Assembly (NCBI GenBank): GCA_963767925.1
Contig: CAVYGB010000008.1
Coordinates: 2,176,001 to 2,240,000, forward strand
Reading direction: 5' to 3'
DNA from: an uncultured delta proteobacterium
Lineage (GTDB): Bacteria > Myxococcota_A > Polyangia > Fen-1088
Length of the DNA stretch: 64,000 bases
Part shown: in pieces, positions 25,026 through 34,220 of the stretch
How positions within the stretch are numbered: the first letter of the stretch is position 1
Layout of the letters: every line of letters starts with the position of its first letter
Position numbers and translations under genes: made by a program
Notes under the pieces: model-generated
The model's input: the letters and a program-made list of their open reading frames with translations, nothing else
What the model was told of the DNA's origin: nothing
The model's database searches: none

Positions 25026-26149
25026 GCGTGCGCTCCTCCCCGCAGCAGCAACATCGCGTCGCCGTAGCTGTAGAACCGGTAGCCGGAGCCGATGGCCTCG
25101 GCGTAGGCCTCCATCACGCGCTCGCGCCCGGCGAAGGCCGCCACCAGCATCAGCAGCGTGGAGCGCGGCAGGTGGAAGTTGGTGATGAGGTCGGTGACGA
25201 CCTGAAACGGGCTGCCCGGCAACAGGTAGAGGTCGGTCGTGCCGCTGCAGGCCCGGACCCCGCCGGTGCGCGCCACCGCCTCGAGCGTGCGCACCACCGT
25301 GGTCCCGACGGCGACGATGGGTCGTCCCTCGCTCCGGGCGCGCAGGACCGCCGCCGCGGTGGCCTCGGGGATCTCGTAGGCCTCGGGGTCCATCTGGTGC
25401 TCCCTCGGGTCTTCGGCGGTCACCGGGCGAAACGTCCCGGGTCCGACGTGCAGCGTGAGGCGGGCCAGCTCGTGCCCGTCCCGCTCGAGGTCGGCCAGCA
25501 GCGACTCGGTGAAGTGGAGGCCCGCGGTGGGCGCGGCCACCGCCCCGGGCGCCCGGGCATACACGGTCTGGTAACGCTGCCGGTCGGCCGCGCCAGCCGC
25601 CGGGACGGGCTCTGCCGGGTCAGTCCGCTTGCGGGCCGCCTCTATGTAAGGCGGCAACGGGACCGATCCCAGCCGTTCACAAAGCCCCAGCACCCCGCCG
25701 GCACCGTCTCCGCGGATCCGGGCGAAAGCGGATCCGCGCGCACCCTTCTCGACCACGACCGCTTCCGCCCCATCTTCGAAGAGGATGCGCCCTTTCGCAC
25801 CGCCCCCCATACCTCGGAGCAGGACCTCCCACATTTCCTCCCAACTTTCTCCGGAGTGATTAAGATGCGGCGTGTTCTGGCCCTGCACCCGTCTAACGAG
25901 CAGCAACTCAGCGCGTCCTCCGGTTGGTTTTTTTCCCACCAGGCGCGCCGCGATGACACGGGTATCATTCAGGACCACGAGCGACCTTGGCCTCAGTAGC
26001 CCCGAAATATTACGAAAACTAGCGTGCCGCCTAGCGTTGGTGGGAATATCCAGGGTGAGCAGCTTGGCCGCGTCGCGATCAGCCATCGGGTGGGTCGCAA
26101 CGCAGCCCGCAGGTAATTCGTAGTTAAAATCTTGGATTCGCAGGTACAC
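25022..26149 (-). CDS. queA: S-adenosylmethionine:tRNA ribosyltransferase-isomerase
   Basis: [59 protein letters not shown]; start GTG 26149 or CTG 26143. Confidence 0.96.
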
Positions 26150-26172
26150 TTCCTTGATCGGGGAACTGCAGA

Positions 26173-26863
26173 ATGCCTGGCATTCCTTCAAAATCAAGCG
26201 CCGAGGGCCGGGGGCAAAACAGTGCCCCCGTGGAGCTAGTCCTTCGGAGCCGGCAAGAGTTCCTCGCCGGTTACGACGCCACCTTGCCGTACGGAGGGGT
26301 CTTTTGCCCTACCCGCCGCAAGGCCAACAAGGGTGCTCCCGCCACCGTCAAAGTCAATCTGGGCCGCCGCCAGCCACCGCTGGTGATCGCGGGCCGGGTG
26401 GTATGGCGTCGGCCCGGCCGGCACCTGCAGAAGATCCGCGCCGGCATCTGTGTGGAGTTCTCGGCCACCGAGAAGGCCAAGATCGACTACCTGCTCGACC
26501 TGGCCAAGGCCGGCGAAGCGGTGCGCAGCCGGCGCCGGCACGAGCGGTTGCCGGTCGAGATCCCGGTCAACTGGCATCTGCCCGGGGTGGGCGCGCCCGC
26601 GCGGGGCGTCCTGCGGGACATCGGTCGGGGGGGCGCCTTCGTTCGCTCGAGCTCGCCGGTCGCCGAGTGACGCCGAAGTGGTCCTCGAGCTGTCGCCCCC
26701 GGGCGCCCAGGTAGCCATGGCGTTCACCGCCCGGGTGGCCTGGACCGCGGCGCAGGGGCCCGAGGCGGGCTTCGGCGTGGAATGGCGGGCCCGGGACGCC
26801 GGCGGCGGCAAACGCATCCGCGAGCTGGTCCGACGCCTGACCTCCGCGGTCGGCATCGTCTGA
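26173..26863 (+). CDS. Tandem PilZ domain protein (frameshift near 26665; start 26173 or 26230)
   Basis: GGVFCPT...GRVVWRR...GICVEF; second domain RRHER, DIGRGGAFV; continues ARVAW...GFGVEW in the next frame. Confidence 0.82.
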
Positions 26864-26898
26864 CCGTCCGATCCGGGTCGAGGCGGGCGTCCCGCGCG

Positions 26899-28077
26899 TC
26901 AGAAGTTGATCCCGAGGGCGTAGACCGTGCCGCTGTTGGCCAGCGCGAACACGGTGCGGCCATCGGCGCCCAGGGTCGCCCCCGCGCACATGCCCCGCCC
27001 GGGGTTGAAGATCTCCAGCAGGCGCCCGTGCTCGCGGTCGACGATGAACAGGCCGGCGCGGCTGCCCGAAAACAGGAGGTAGGGTCCCACGCCGAAGGGC
27101 GGCGTCAGATCGCCCGCCTCGGCGAGCGCCTGGCGCCACAAGATGTCTCCCGAGGTCGTGAGCGCGGTGAGGCCGTCGCGCGGCGCGGAGAAATACAGCC
27201 GGCCATCGATCACCCGCACGCTGCTGGCACCCTCGACACCCAGTCGCCAGCGGACGTCCCCGTTGCCGACCGTCAGGGCATACAGCCCGCCCGAATAGGA
27301 GGAGGCCAGCAGGAGGTCCTCGCCGAACAGCGCGGGCGTCGCGTCCACGTCGACGTATTGCTCCGAGGCGGTGGCCAGCGAACGGGCCCACACCAGGTCG
27401 CCGGTGCCGGCGTTGAGCGCCACCAGGTAGCCGTCGGAGAAGCCGGTGTAGACGAGGCCCCGGTGCAGCTTGGGACCGGCGTGACCGTGGATGGTGAAGC
27501 CCTCGGGCGAGTCGCGCTCGTATTGCCAGAGCAGGCGGCCGCTCCGGGGCTCCAGGGCGACGACTCGGTCGGTGGCGGAGGCGACGTAGATCGCGTCTCC
27601 GCCCAGCTCCGGCCGGCGCTCGATGGCGCCCTGGCCCTTGTACGACCAGCGGACCGCGCCGCTCTTGGGATCCAGGGCATAGACGAGGCCGTCGTCGGTC
27701 CCGAGATAGACCTGCCGGTGGACGTCGTCGTAACGCGCCTCCGAGTCGATCCCACCCGACAGCGGCGTCGACCAGATCTGGTGGCCGTCCCGGAGATCGA
27801 GGGCCACCACGTTCCCGGCGCGCGAGCCGATGACGAGCTGATCGCCGATGATCACCCCGCTGGCGCACTCCTCCGGCCGGGGCTCGAACAGGCCCCGCTG
27901 GTGGATGGCGGTCCGCCAGCGCAGCGTGGTCACGCCGGCCGGGTAGTCCCGCTCGGGAGCCTCCGCCCGCCGGGCGGTGGCGCCCGCACATCCGAAGCCA
28001 GCGGCGACGAGGAAGGCCAGCAGCCCGCTGGCCACCGCACGAGGGGAACGCAGCAGCCGGCGCGCGTTCACGGTCAC
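26899..28077 (-). CDS. BamB-like PQQ-repeat beta-propeller lipoprotein
   Basis: LVAAGFGC lipobox; repeated VYALDPKSGAVRW-type blades; follows the yfgM-like gene with a GTGA overlap. Confidence 0.85.
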   Translation of the reverse strand: MTVNARRLLRSPRAVASGLLAFLVAAGFGCAGATARRAEAPERDYPAGVTTLRWRTAIHQRGLFEPRPEECASGVIIGDQLVIGSRAGNVVALDLRDGHQIWSTPLSGGIDSEARYDDVHRQVYLGTDDGLVYALDPKSGAVRWSYKGQGAIERRPELGGDAIYVASATDRVVALEPRSGRLLWQYERDSPEGFTIHGHAGPKLHRGLVYTGFSDGYLVALNAGTGDLVWARSLATASEQYVDVDATPALFGEDLLLASSYSGGLYALTVGNGDVRWRLGVEGASSVRVIDGRLYFSAPRDGLTALTTSGDILWRQALAEAGDLTPPFGVGPYLLFSGSRAGLFIVDREHGRLLEIFNPGRGMCAGATLGADGRTVFALANSGTVYALGINF

Positions 28078-28829
28078 TTGTTCTCGAGGACCGCCAGGCG
28101 GGCGTTGATCTCTTCCTTGAGCGCGCTCTGGGGGACCTCGCTCAGGATGCTGCGGTAGAGCTTCTCCGCGTCCTTGGGCGAACCCTTCCGCTCGAGGACC
28201 CGGGCCTGGTTGAACAGCGCCCGGTCGCGCAGGAAGTTGCCCTCCTCGCGCGCGTGGTCGGCCAGGCGGGAGAACCCCGCTACCGCCTTGTCGAGCTGGC
28301 CGCTGGCCTCCTGGGCGTAGGCCAGGCCCTCGAGCGCCAGGAACCGCAGCCGCGTGTCGATCGATCCGACGAGCTCCGAGTAGATGGTGACCGCCTCGCC
28401 GGCCCGATCCAGCCCGACCAGGTAACGCGCCTTGAGCAGGAGCGCCTCGTCGCGCAGGGAGCTCCCGCCGTATTGGCCCAGGAAGGTGTCGGCCTCCTTG
28501 AGGGCCGCCGCCAGCCGCTCCCGTTCCGTCTTGAGCGTCGGCAGATCGGGATCCGGCGCCGACTCGGCCGGAGCCGCCGTCACGCCGTCGGCCGGGGCCA
28601 GGGGCGCGTTGGCGATCCGGTGAATCCGGGAGAAAGCCCGCGAGGCGGCCTCCGCCTTGCCCGTGCGGAAGGTCTGGGCCCCCCAACCGAGCGCGCAGAG
28701 CGCCGCCAGCCCCACCAGGCCCAGGGCGACCGCTTTCTTGCGCTCACCCAGCCAGGTGCCGGCCCGGCCCCAGAAACTGACGAACTGGTCCGGGCCCTTG
28801 AGCTCCTTGTTGATCTTCTTGGACGCCAC
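28074..28829 (-). CDS. YfgM-like membrane-anchored TPR protein
   Basis: KELKGPDQFVSF N-terminus, one TM helix, TPRs; lies between der and the bamB-like gene. Confidence 0.8.
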   Translation of the reverse strand: MASKKINKELKGPDQFVSFWGRAGTWLGERKKAVALGLVGLAALCALGWGAQTFRTGKAEAASRAFSRIHRIANAPLAPADGVTAAPAESAPDPDLPTLKTERERLAAALKEADTFLGQYGGSSLRDEALLLKARYLVGLDRAGEAVTIYSELVGSIDTRLRFLALEGLAYAQEASGQLDKAVAGFSRLADHAREEGNFLRDRALFNQARVLERKGSPKDAEKLYRSILSEVPQSALKEEINARLAVLENK

Positions 28830-28835
28830 GGCCTG

Positions 28836-28864
28836 GAGATAACAAAGCGCAGGGGTCCGGTCAA
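28836..28864 (-). promoter_or_regulatory. Sigma70-like promoter, probably leaderless
   Basis: Minus strand TTGACC-17 bp-TATCTC, 6 nt before GTG 28829. Confidence 0.5.
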
Positions 28865-28890
28865 TGTGGCCCTCCCACCTCCGGGCCTTC

Positions 28891-30432
28891 CTAGTCGCGG
28901 CTCGGCTTCTTGTGGGGCCGCAGGATCACCCGGATCGGGCTGCCGGCGAAGCCGTAGATGTCGCGGAGCTGGTTGACCAGGTAGCGCCGATAGGGAGAGC
29001 CCACCGCGGCGGGGGCGTTCGCGCTCACGTAGAAGGTGGGGGGGCACACATCCGCCTGGGTGGCGTAATACAGCTTGACGTGACGGCCTCCCGGGCCCGA
29101 CGGGGGCGGCCGCCGGGTGACGATCTCCTCGAAGCGTTTGTTTAGATCCGAGGTCCCAACCCGGCGGCACCACTCATGAAAGGCCCGCTGACAAGCGCCC
29201 GGGAGGTCGACCACGCCCCGGCCGGTGCGGGCCGAGGTCAACACCGTGGTCGCGTAAGACATGAAGGCCAGCTCTTTCCGGGCAGCCTCGATGCGGGCGT
29301 CCAGCTCGGCGCGCGGGATGAGGTCGCTCTTGTTGAGCACGATGACCGTGGCCCGGCCCGACTCCTCGATGATGTTGGCCAGCTTGGCGTCCTCGGCGGT
29401 GGCGCCCCGCTGGATGTCGATGACCAGGGCGGCCACGTCGGCCCGGGCGAGCTGATCCCGCGCCATCTTGGCCGCGACCGCCTCGGTGAGGGTGTCGATC
29501 GACCGGCGGCGCCTCACCCCGGCGGTGTCCACCAGGACGAAGTCCTGCTCGCCGATCCGGAAGGGGGTGTCGATCGGGTCGCGGGTGGTCCCCGGCTCGT
29601 GGTGGACTAGCACCCGCTCCTCGCCGAGCAAGCGGTTGACCATCGAGGACTTGCCCACGTTGGGCTTGCCGACGAAGGCCACCCGGATCGGGCCGTCGGG
29701 GGGACGCCGGGGGGCGCGTCTGCCCGCCCTTTCGGCTTGCTCCTCGCCTTCCCCGGCTTGCTCCTCGCCTTCCCCAACCTCCTGGCCCTCGGCGGTCTCT
29801 TCGACCTCCGCTTCGCCAGGCTCCGCGTCGTCCGCCGGCGGTTCGCCGTCGTCACCCTCGAATTCGTCCTCGGCGGGGGCGGTCTCCTGGACGATGGCCG
29901 CCGGCCCCAGCTCGGCGACGAGGGCGTCGAGCAGATCGCCAATGCCACGGCCGTGGCTGGCGGAGACGGGATAGACCCGCTGAAAGCCCAGCCGGTACAC
30001 CTCCGCGACAGCGGCGGTCCGGGCCTCGGAGTCGGCCTTGTTGGCGGCGATGAAGACCGGCTTGCCAGTCCGGCGCAGCACCTGCGCCACGTCCTCGTCG
30101 ACCGCGGTGAGGCCCTCGCGGACGTCGACGACGAACACGAGGATCGCCCCCTCGTCCACCGCCCGCAGGGTCTGGGCGCGCATGGCCCCGAGGATCCCGA
30201 CCGCCGAGGGATCGAGGCCCCCGGTGTCGACGATCCGGAAGCGGGCCCGATCCCACTCGCAGACCCCGTAGCGCCGGTCGCGGGTGACGCCCGGGACATC
30301 TTCCACCAGCGCGGGTCGGCCACCGACGAGCCGGTTGAAGAGGGAGGACTTGCCCACGTTGGGGCGGCCGACGAGGGCCACCAGGGGGCGGTCCTTCGTG
30401 TCGGGCGCTTCGGGTTTGTGACGGCGGCCCAC
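28891..30432 (-). CDS. der: Ribosome biogenesis GTPase Der
   Basis: Two G domains (GRPNVGKSS, GKPNVGKSS; DTGG, DTAG; NKAD, NKSD) and KH-like tail FAGSPI. Confidence 0.97.
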   Translation of the reverse strand: MGRRHKPEAPDTKDRPLVALVGRPNVGKSSLFNRLVGGRPALVEDVPGVTRDRRYGVCEWDRARFRIVDTGGLDPSAVGILGAMRAQTLRAVDEGAILVFVVDVREGLTAVDEDVAQVLRRTGKPVFIAANKADSEARTAAVAEVYRLGFQRVYPVSASHGRGIGDLLDALVAELGPAAIVQETAPAEDEFEGDDGEPPADDAEPGEAEVEETAEGQEVGEGEEQAGEGEEQAERAGRRAPRRPPDGPIRVAFVGKPNVGKSSMVNRLLGEERVLVHHEPGTTRDPIDTPFRIGEQDFVLVDTAGVRRRRSIDTLTEAVAAKMARDQLARADVAALVIDIQRGATAEDAKLANIIEESGRATVIVLNKSDLIPRAELDARIEAARKELAFMSYATTVLTSARTGRGVVDLPGACQRAFHEWCRRVGTSDLNKRFEEIVTRRPPPSGPGGRHVKLYYATQADVCPPTFYVSANAPAAVGSPYRRYLVNQLRDIYGFAGSPIRVILRPHKKPSRD

Positions 30433-31497
30433 TCATTCCCCCTGTTGGTAGCCGACGCGGGCCAGGCCCTGCGGCGTATCGGTCCAGTCGGGAGCCACCT
30501 TCACGTGCAGGCGCAGGTGCGCCGGGCGCCCCAGCAGGGCGGTGATCTCGGCCCGGGCGGAGGTCCCCACCTCGCGGACCATGGTGCCCCCCCGGCCGAC
30601 GACGATCGCCTTCTGGGGCTCTCGCTCGACGAGGATCGAGGCGTCGATGACCACGTCGCCGCCCGACCGCTCCTCCCACTGATCGATCACCACCGCCACC
30701 GCCCCGGGCACCTCCTGGCGCAGGCGCAGGAAGAGCTGCTCCCGGATCAGCTCGGCGGCGAGAAAGCGCTCGCTCCGATCGGTCAGGGTGCTGGGATCGT
30801 GCTGGGGCGGGCCCACCGGCAACACGCCCAAAAGCTCGGCGATCAGGTCGTCGACGCCCACCCCCTGGGTGGCCGACATCGGCACCAGGGCGGCGAAGGG
30901 GCCCCGGGCCGACCAGGCCTGCAGCGCCGGCAGCAGCGCCTGCTTGTCGCGAACCCGATCGACCTTGTTGAGGGCGAGCACGACCGGTCTACCCGATCGG
31001 AGGCACTCCGCGAGCAGGCGGGCCTCGCCCGGGTCCTTGGACCGGGCACCCTGGGCATCCACCACCATGAGGATGGCGTTGGCGTCGCTGAGGGCGGCCA
31101 TCGCCTCCTGCACCATGAAGCGGCCCAGGGCCGAGCGGGGATCGTGCATCCCGGGCGTGTCGACGAAGGCGATCTGGCCACCCCGACCGCCAGGGAGCTG
31201 GCCGTTCCAGACGCCCACCAGCCGGGTGCGGGTGGTCTGGGCGCGCGGGCTGACGATGGCGAGCTTCTCGCCCAGGATCCGGTTGAGCAGAGTCGACTTG
31301 CCCACGTTGGGCAGCCCGATGATTGCAACAGAGCCCGCGACCGAACCGGCGACCGATCCAGCATGCCTGGCAGCGGGCGGAGCTGCAGCGGGCGCAGCGA
31401 CCGGGCCGGGCTCCCTGCCGGCGTGCGTCTGGTCGGCGGGCCCGGCCGGTGCCGCGGGGTGAAGGGGACGGTTTTTCGGCATCGGGCGCGCTTTCAT
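30433..31497 (-). CDS. era: GTPase Era
   Basis: GLPNVGKSTLLN, QTTR, DTPG, NKVD, ELIREQ, QKAIVVGRGG. Confidence 0.97.
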   Translation of the reverse strand: MKARPMPKNRPLHPAAPAGPADQTHAGREPGPVAAPAAAPPAARHAGSVAGSVAGSVAIIGLPNVGKSTLLNRILGEKLAIVSPRAQTTRTRLVGVWNGQLPGGRGGQIAFVDTPGMHDPRSALGRFMVQEAMAALSDANAILMVVDAQGARSKDPGEARLLAECLRSGRPVVLALNKVDRVRDKQALLPALQAWSARGPFAALVPMSATQGVGVDDLIAELLGVLPVGPPQHDPSTLTDRSERFLAAELIREQLFLRLRQEVPGAVAVVIDQWEERSGGDVVIDASILVEREPQKAIVVGRGGTMVREVGTSARAEITALLGRPAHLRLHVKVAPDWTDTPQGLARVGYQQGE

Positions 31498-31600
31498 AGC
31501 ACGCCGCCGCCGTCCACATCGTGACGCGTGGGCGTTCCGCCTTCACCGTCGGTGAAAAATCAGTAAGCTCGGCCCCTTCCACTGCCGACGAGGCCCGACG

Positions 31601-32512
31601 ATGCCAACGCCCGACGATCTCCGCAGCCGACTCACCGGGGTGCTCGCCTTCCCGGTCACGCCCTTCGCCCCCGCCGGCCTTGCGGTCGACCTGGATGGCC
31701 TGCGCAAGAATCTGCGCCACCTCGCCCGCTTCCCGTTCTGCGCAGTTGTCGCCGCCGGGGGGACGGGCGAGACCTACTCCCTCGACCCGGACGAGCACCT
31801 GCGCGTGGTCGAGGAGACGGTGGCCGCTTTCGAGGGGCGCTGTCCGGTCATCGCCGGGGTGGGCGGCAGCCTGCCGGTGGCGACCGCGATGGCCCGGCGG
31901 GCGGCCAAGGCCGGCGTCCAGGGCATCCTGGCCCTGCCCCCCTATTACCCGGGCGCTCCCGACGAGGGCCTCGTCGACTACTACCGCGCGATCGGCCAGG
32001 CCACGCCGCTGGGGATGCTCGTGTACGGCCGGGACTGGTTCAACCCTGGACCCGAGCTGGTGGCCAGGCTGGCCGCCGCCATCCCTACCCTGGTCGCCTG
32101 GAAAGACGGCATCGGCGACCTCCGGCGCTACCAGATGATCCGGCAGCGGGTCGGCGATCGGCTGGCCTGGGTGGGCGGGGCCGGCGACGACATGGTGCCG
32201 GGGTATTACGCCATGGGGCTGCGGGCCTACACCTCCAGCATCGCCACCGTCTCGCCCGCGCTGTCGATCGCCCTCGACAAGGTCGCGGCCGCCGGAGACG
32301 CGCCCGGGCTGGCCCGGCTCATGAACGACTACGTCATCCCGCTTTATGCCCTGCGGGCCCGCAAGAAGGGCTACGAGGTCTCGGCCATGAAGGTGGCGAT
32401 GGACGCGGTTGGGCTGGTGGGAGGCGCCGTCCGGCCGCCGCTGACCGCCGTCAAGCCCGAGGAGGCCGAGGAGATCCGGGCCATGATGACCCGCTGGACA
32501 GCCTATCTCTAG
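31601..32512 (+). CDS. kdgD: 5-dehydro-4-deoxyglucarate dehydratase (DHDPS family)
   Basis: GVLAFPVTPF, AAGGTGE, LPPYY, WKDGIGD, GYEVSAMK, GAVRPPL. Confidence 0.85.
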   Translation: MPTPDDLRSRLTGVLAFPVTPFAPAGLAVDLDGLRKNLRHLARFPFCAVVAAGGTGETYSLDPDEHLRVVEETVAAFEGRCPVIAGVGGSLPVATAMARRAAKAGVQGILALPPYYPGAPDEGLVDYYRAIGQATPLGMLVYGRDWFNPGPELVARLAAAIPTLVAWKDGIGDLRRYQMIRQRVGDRLAWVGGAGDDMVPGYYAMGLRAYTSSIATVSPALSIALDKVAAAGDAPGLARLMNDYVIPLYALRARKKGYEVSAMKVAMDAVGLVGGAVRPPLTAVKPEEAEEIRAMMTRWTAYL

Positions 32513-32521
32513 GCGGTCCGG

Positions 32522-34144
32522 TCAGAGGGACAGGCGGGGCTGGGCCCCCTCGGAGAGGGCGCGGATCTCGGTCGTGTCGAGCTTGCGGTTGTAGACGACG
32601 AGCTCGTCGATCACGCCCTGGAACAGCTCGTTGACGACGCTCGGGTCCGAGCCATTGACGCCCCCTCCGATGATGAGCGGGTTGGTGCCGCCGCCCAGCG
32701 GGGCCTGGCCGTCGCGGCGCCGCTGCATCACCTCCTCGCCGTCGATGAACAGGCGGGTCCGACCGCTGGCGTCGAGGGTGGCGGCCAGGTGGTGCCAGGC
32801 CCCCCGCTGGCGGGGAAAGGCAGCCAGGGTGGCCTGCCCCCGGAACCGGGTGCGCATCCAGAGCTCGTCGTTGCGGAAGCCGAGGTGGAAGTTGTCGAGC
32901 TCGCCCGAGCCGTATTGTTGCGACACCACCGCCCGCACGTGTTGCTGGTTGCCCACCCGCCGCAGCCACAGGCTGATCGATAGATCGCTGCCGAGGCCGG
33001 AGAGGGCCTCCACCTTGGGGCACTCCAGCCAGCCCTTTCCGTTGAGCGACACCGCGCCCCCCAGCCGTCCATCGGTCCAGGCGCCCTGGGGATCGAGGCC
33101 CCGCAGGAGGCAGTCGTTGCCGTGGCCCGACAGGTCACGGGCCGAGCCGCTCCCGGTCGCTTCGTCGAAGCGCCAGTAGCCGACCAGCCCCCGTCCCAGC
33201 GCGGATCTTCCGGGTGCCGGCGGCGGGGCCGAGGCGAGCCGGACCGGCGAGATCGCGACGAAGCTGGGGGCCAGGTTGCGCAGCGCCGGCGCGGGCACGG
33301 GTGGCGCCGCCTGGGCGCTGGCGACCGACATCGTGGAGGGCTGCGGGAACCCGCGCGAGAGCGAGCGGGCGTCGCCGCAGATCAGAACCAGGAGCAGCCC
33401 GGCTGCGCCGACGAACGCCGCCCCACCGACCGGGAGCCAGCTCGCCCCCGAGGCAACTGGAGGTCGGGAGGCGGGCCGGGGGGAGAGCCCGAAGCCGGGG
33501 ACCAGGGCCAGGCGGCGGGCCCGCGAGACCGCTCGGCGGCGCCGCTCCGCCTTGGCGTCGGCAACCGCTGGCTCCGGCGCCTCCACAGGCGCGCTGGCGG
33601 CCAGGTAAGGCGCGAGCTGGGCCCGCGTCGACCGCACCGTCTGGAGCTGCTTGAGCGCCTTGCCGAAGGCCTTGCGAGCCGCGCGCAGGCGGGTGTGGGC
33701 GGTCGGGACCGGGACCGCCAGCGTGTCGGCGATCTCGCGCACCGAGACGCCGTCTACGTCGTGGCTCAGGACGAGAAAGCGGTGCTTCTCGGGCAGCGCG
33801 TCCAGCACCCGCCACACGAGGGACCGGGCGCTGTCGGCGGCCAGCGCCTGCTCCGGGTCGGGGCGCGCGTCCTCGAGATCCAGGAAGCCACCCGGGACCT
33901 CGCGCGCGGCCCGCTGGCGGTGGTTGTAGGCCACGCGGAAGGCGATCCCGGCCAGCCAGGGGCGGATGGGCCGGGCCGGGTCGTACTGGCGCCAGCGCCG
34001 CCACATGACCAGGAAGACCTCCTGCGCCAGATCCTCGACGTCGGAGACCGTGGCCCCGTAACGCCGGAGGACGTGGTGTACGTAATCGAACTCGGCTTCG
34101 AAGACACCGACGCAGGCGGTGAAGTCGGCGGCCGTGGGGTGCAT
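32522..34144 (-). CDS. ECF sigma factor fused to a TM helix and a LamG-like jellyroll domain
   Basis: Sigma2 DVEDLAQEVFL...WLAGIA; sigma4 SVREIADTLAVPVPTAHTRLRAAR; TM helix; LamG GLVGYWRFDE...WHHLAAT...FQGVIDELVVYNRKL. Confidence 0.9.
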   Translation of the reverse strand: MHPTAADFTACVGVFEAEFDYVHHVLRRYGATVSDVEDLAQEVFLVMWRRWRQYDPARPIRPWLAGIAFRVAYNHRQRAAREVPGGFLDLEDARPDPEQALAADSARSLVWRVLDALPEKHRFLVLSHDVDGVSVREIADTLAVPVPTAHTRLRAARKAFGKALKQLQTVRSTRAQLAPYLAASAPVEAPEPAVADAKAERRRRAVSRARRLALVPGFGLSPRPASRPPVASGASWLPVGGAAFVGAAGLLLVLICGDARSLSRGFPQPSTMSVASAQAAPPVPAPALRNLAPSFVAISPVRLASAPPPAPGRSALGRGLVGYWRFDEATGSGSARDLSGHGNDCLLRGLDPQGAWTDGRLGGAVSLNGKGWLECPKVEALSGLGSDLSISLWLRRVGNQQHVRAVVSQQYGSGELDNFHLGFRNDELWMRTRFRGQATLAAFPRQRGAWHHLAATLDASGRTRLFIDGEEVMQRRRDGQAPLGGGTNPLIIGGGVNGSDPSVVNELFQGVIDELVVYNRKLDTTEIRALSEGAQPRLSL

Positions 34145-34182
34145 CGGTCGGGATCCTACACCGGCGGGGCCGAAACGGGGCC

Positions 34183-34211
34183 TTGACGGTGGGCGGCTCG
34201 AACGGTATCCC
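34183..34211 (+). promoter_or_regulatory. Sigma70-like promoter for the HEAT gene
   Basis: TTGACG-17 bp-TATCCC, 9 nt before ATG 34221. Confidence 0.45.
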
Positions 34212-34220
34212 GCCACCCTG

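Noticed and set aside
25640..26230. Replication origin in the AT-rich patch
   Set aside because: No DnaA boxes (TTATCCACA-like) seen, no dnaA nearby, and the patch lies within an intact CDS
26899..28686. 595-aa N-terminally extended beta-propeller ORF
   Set aside because: The extension overlaps the yfgM-like gene; the lipobox and GTGA overlap support a start at 28077
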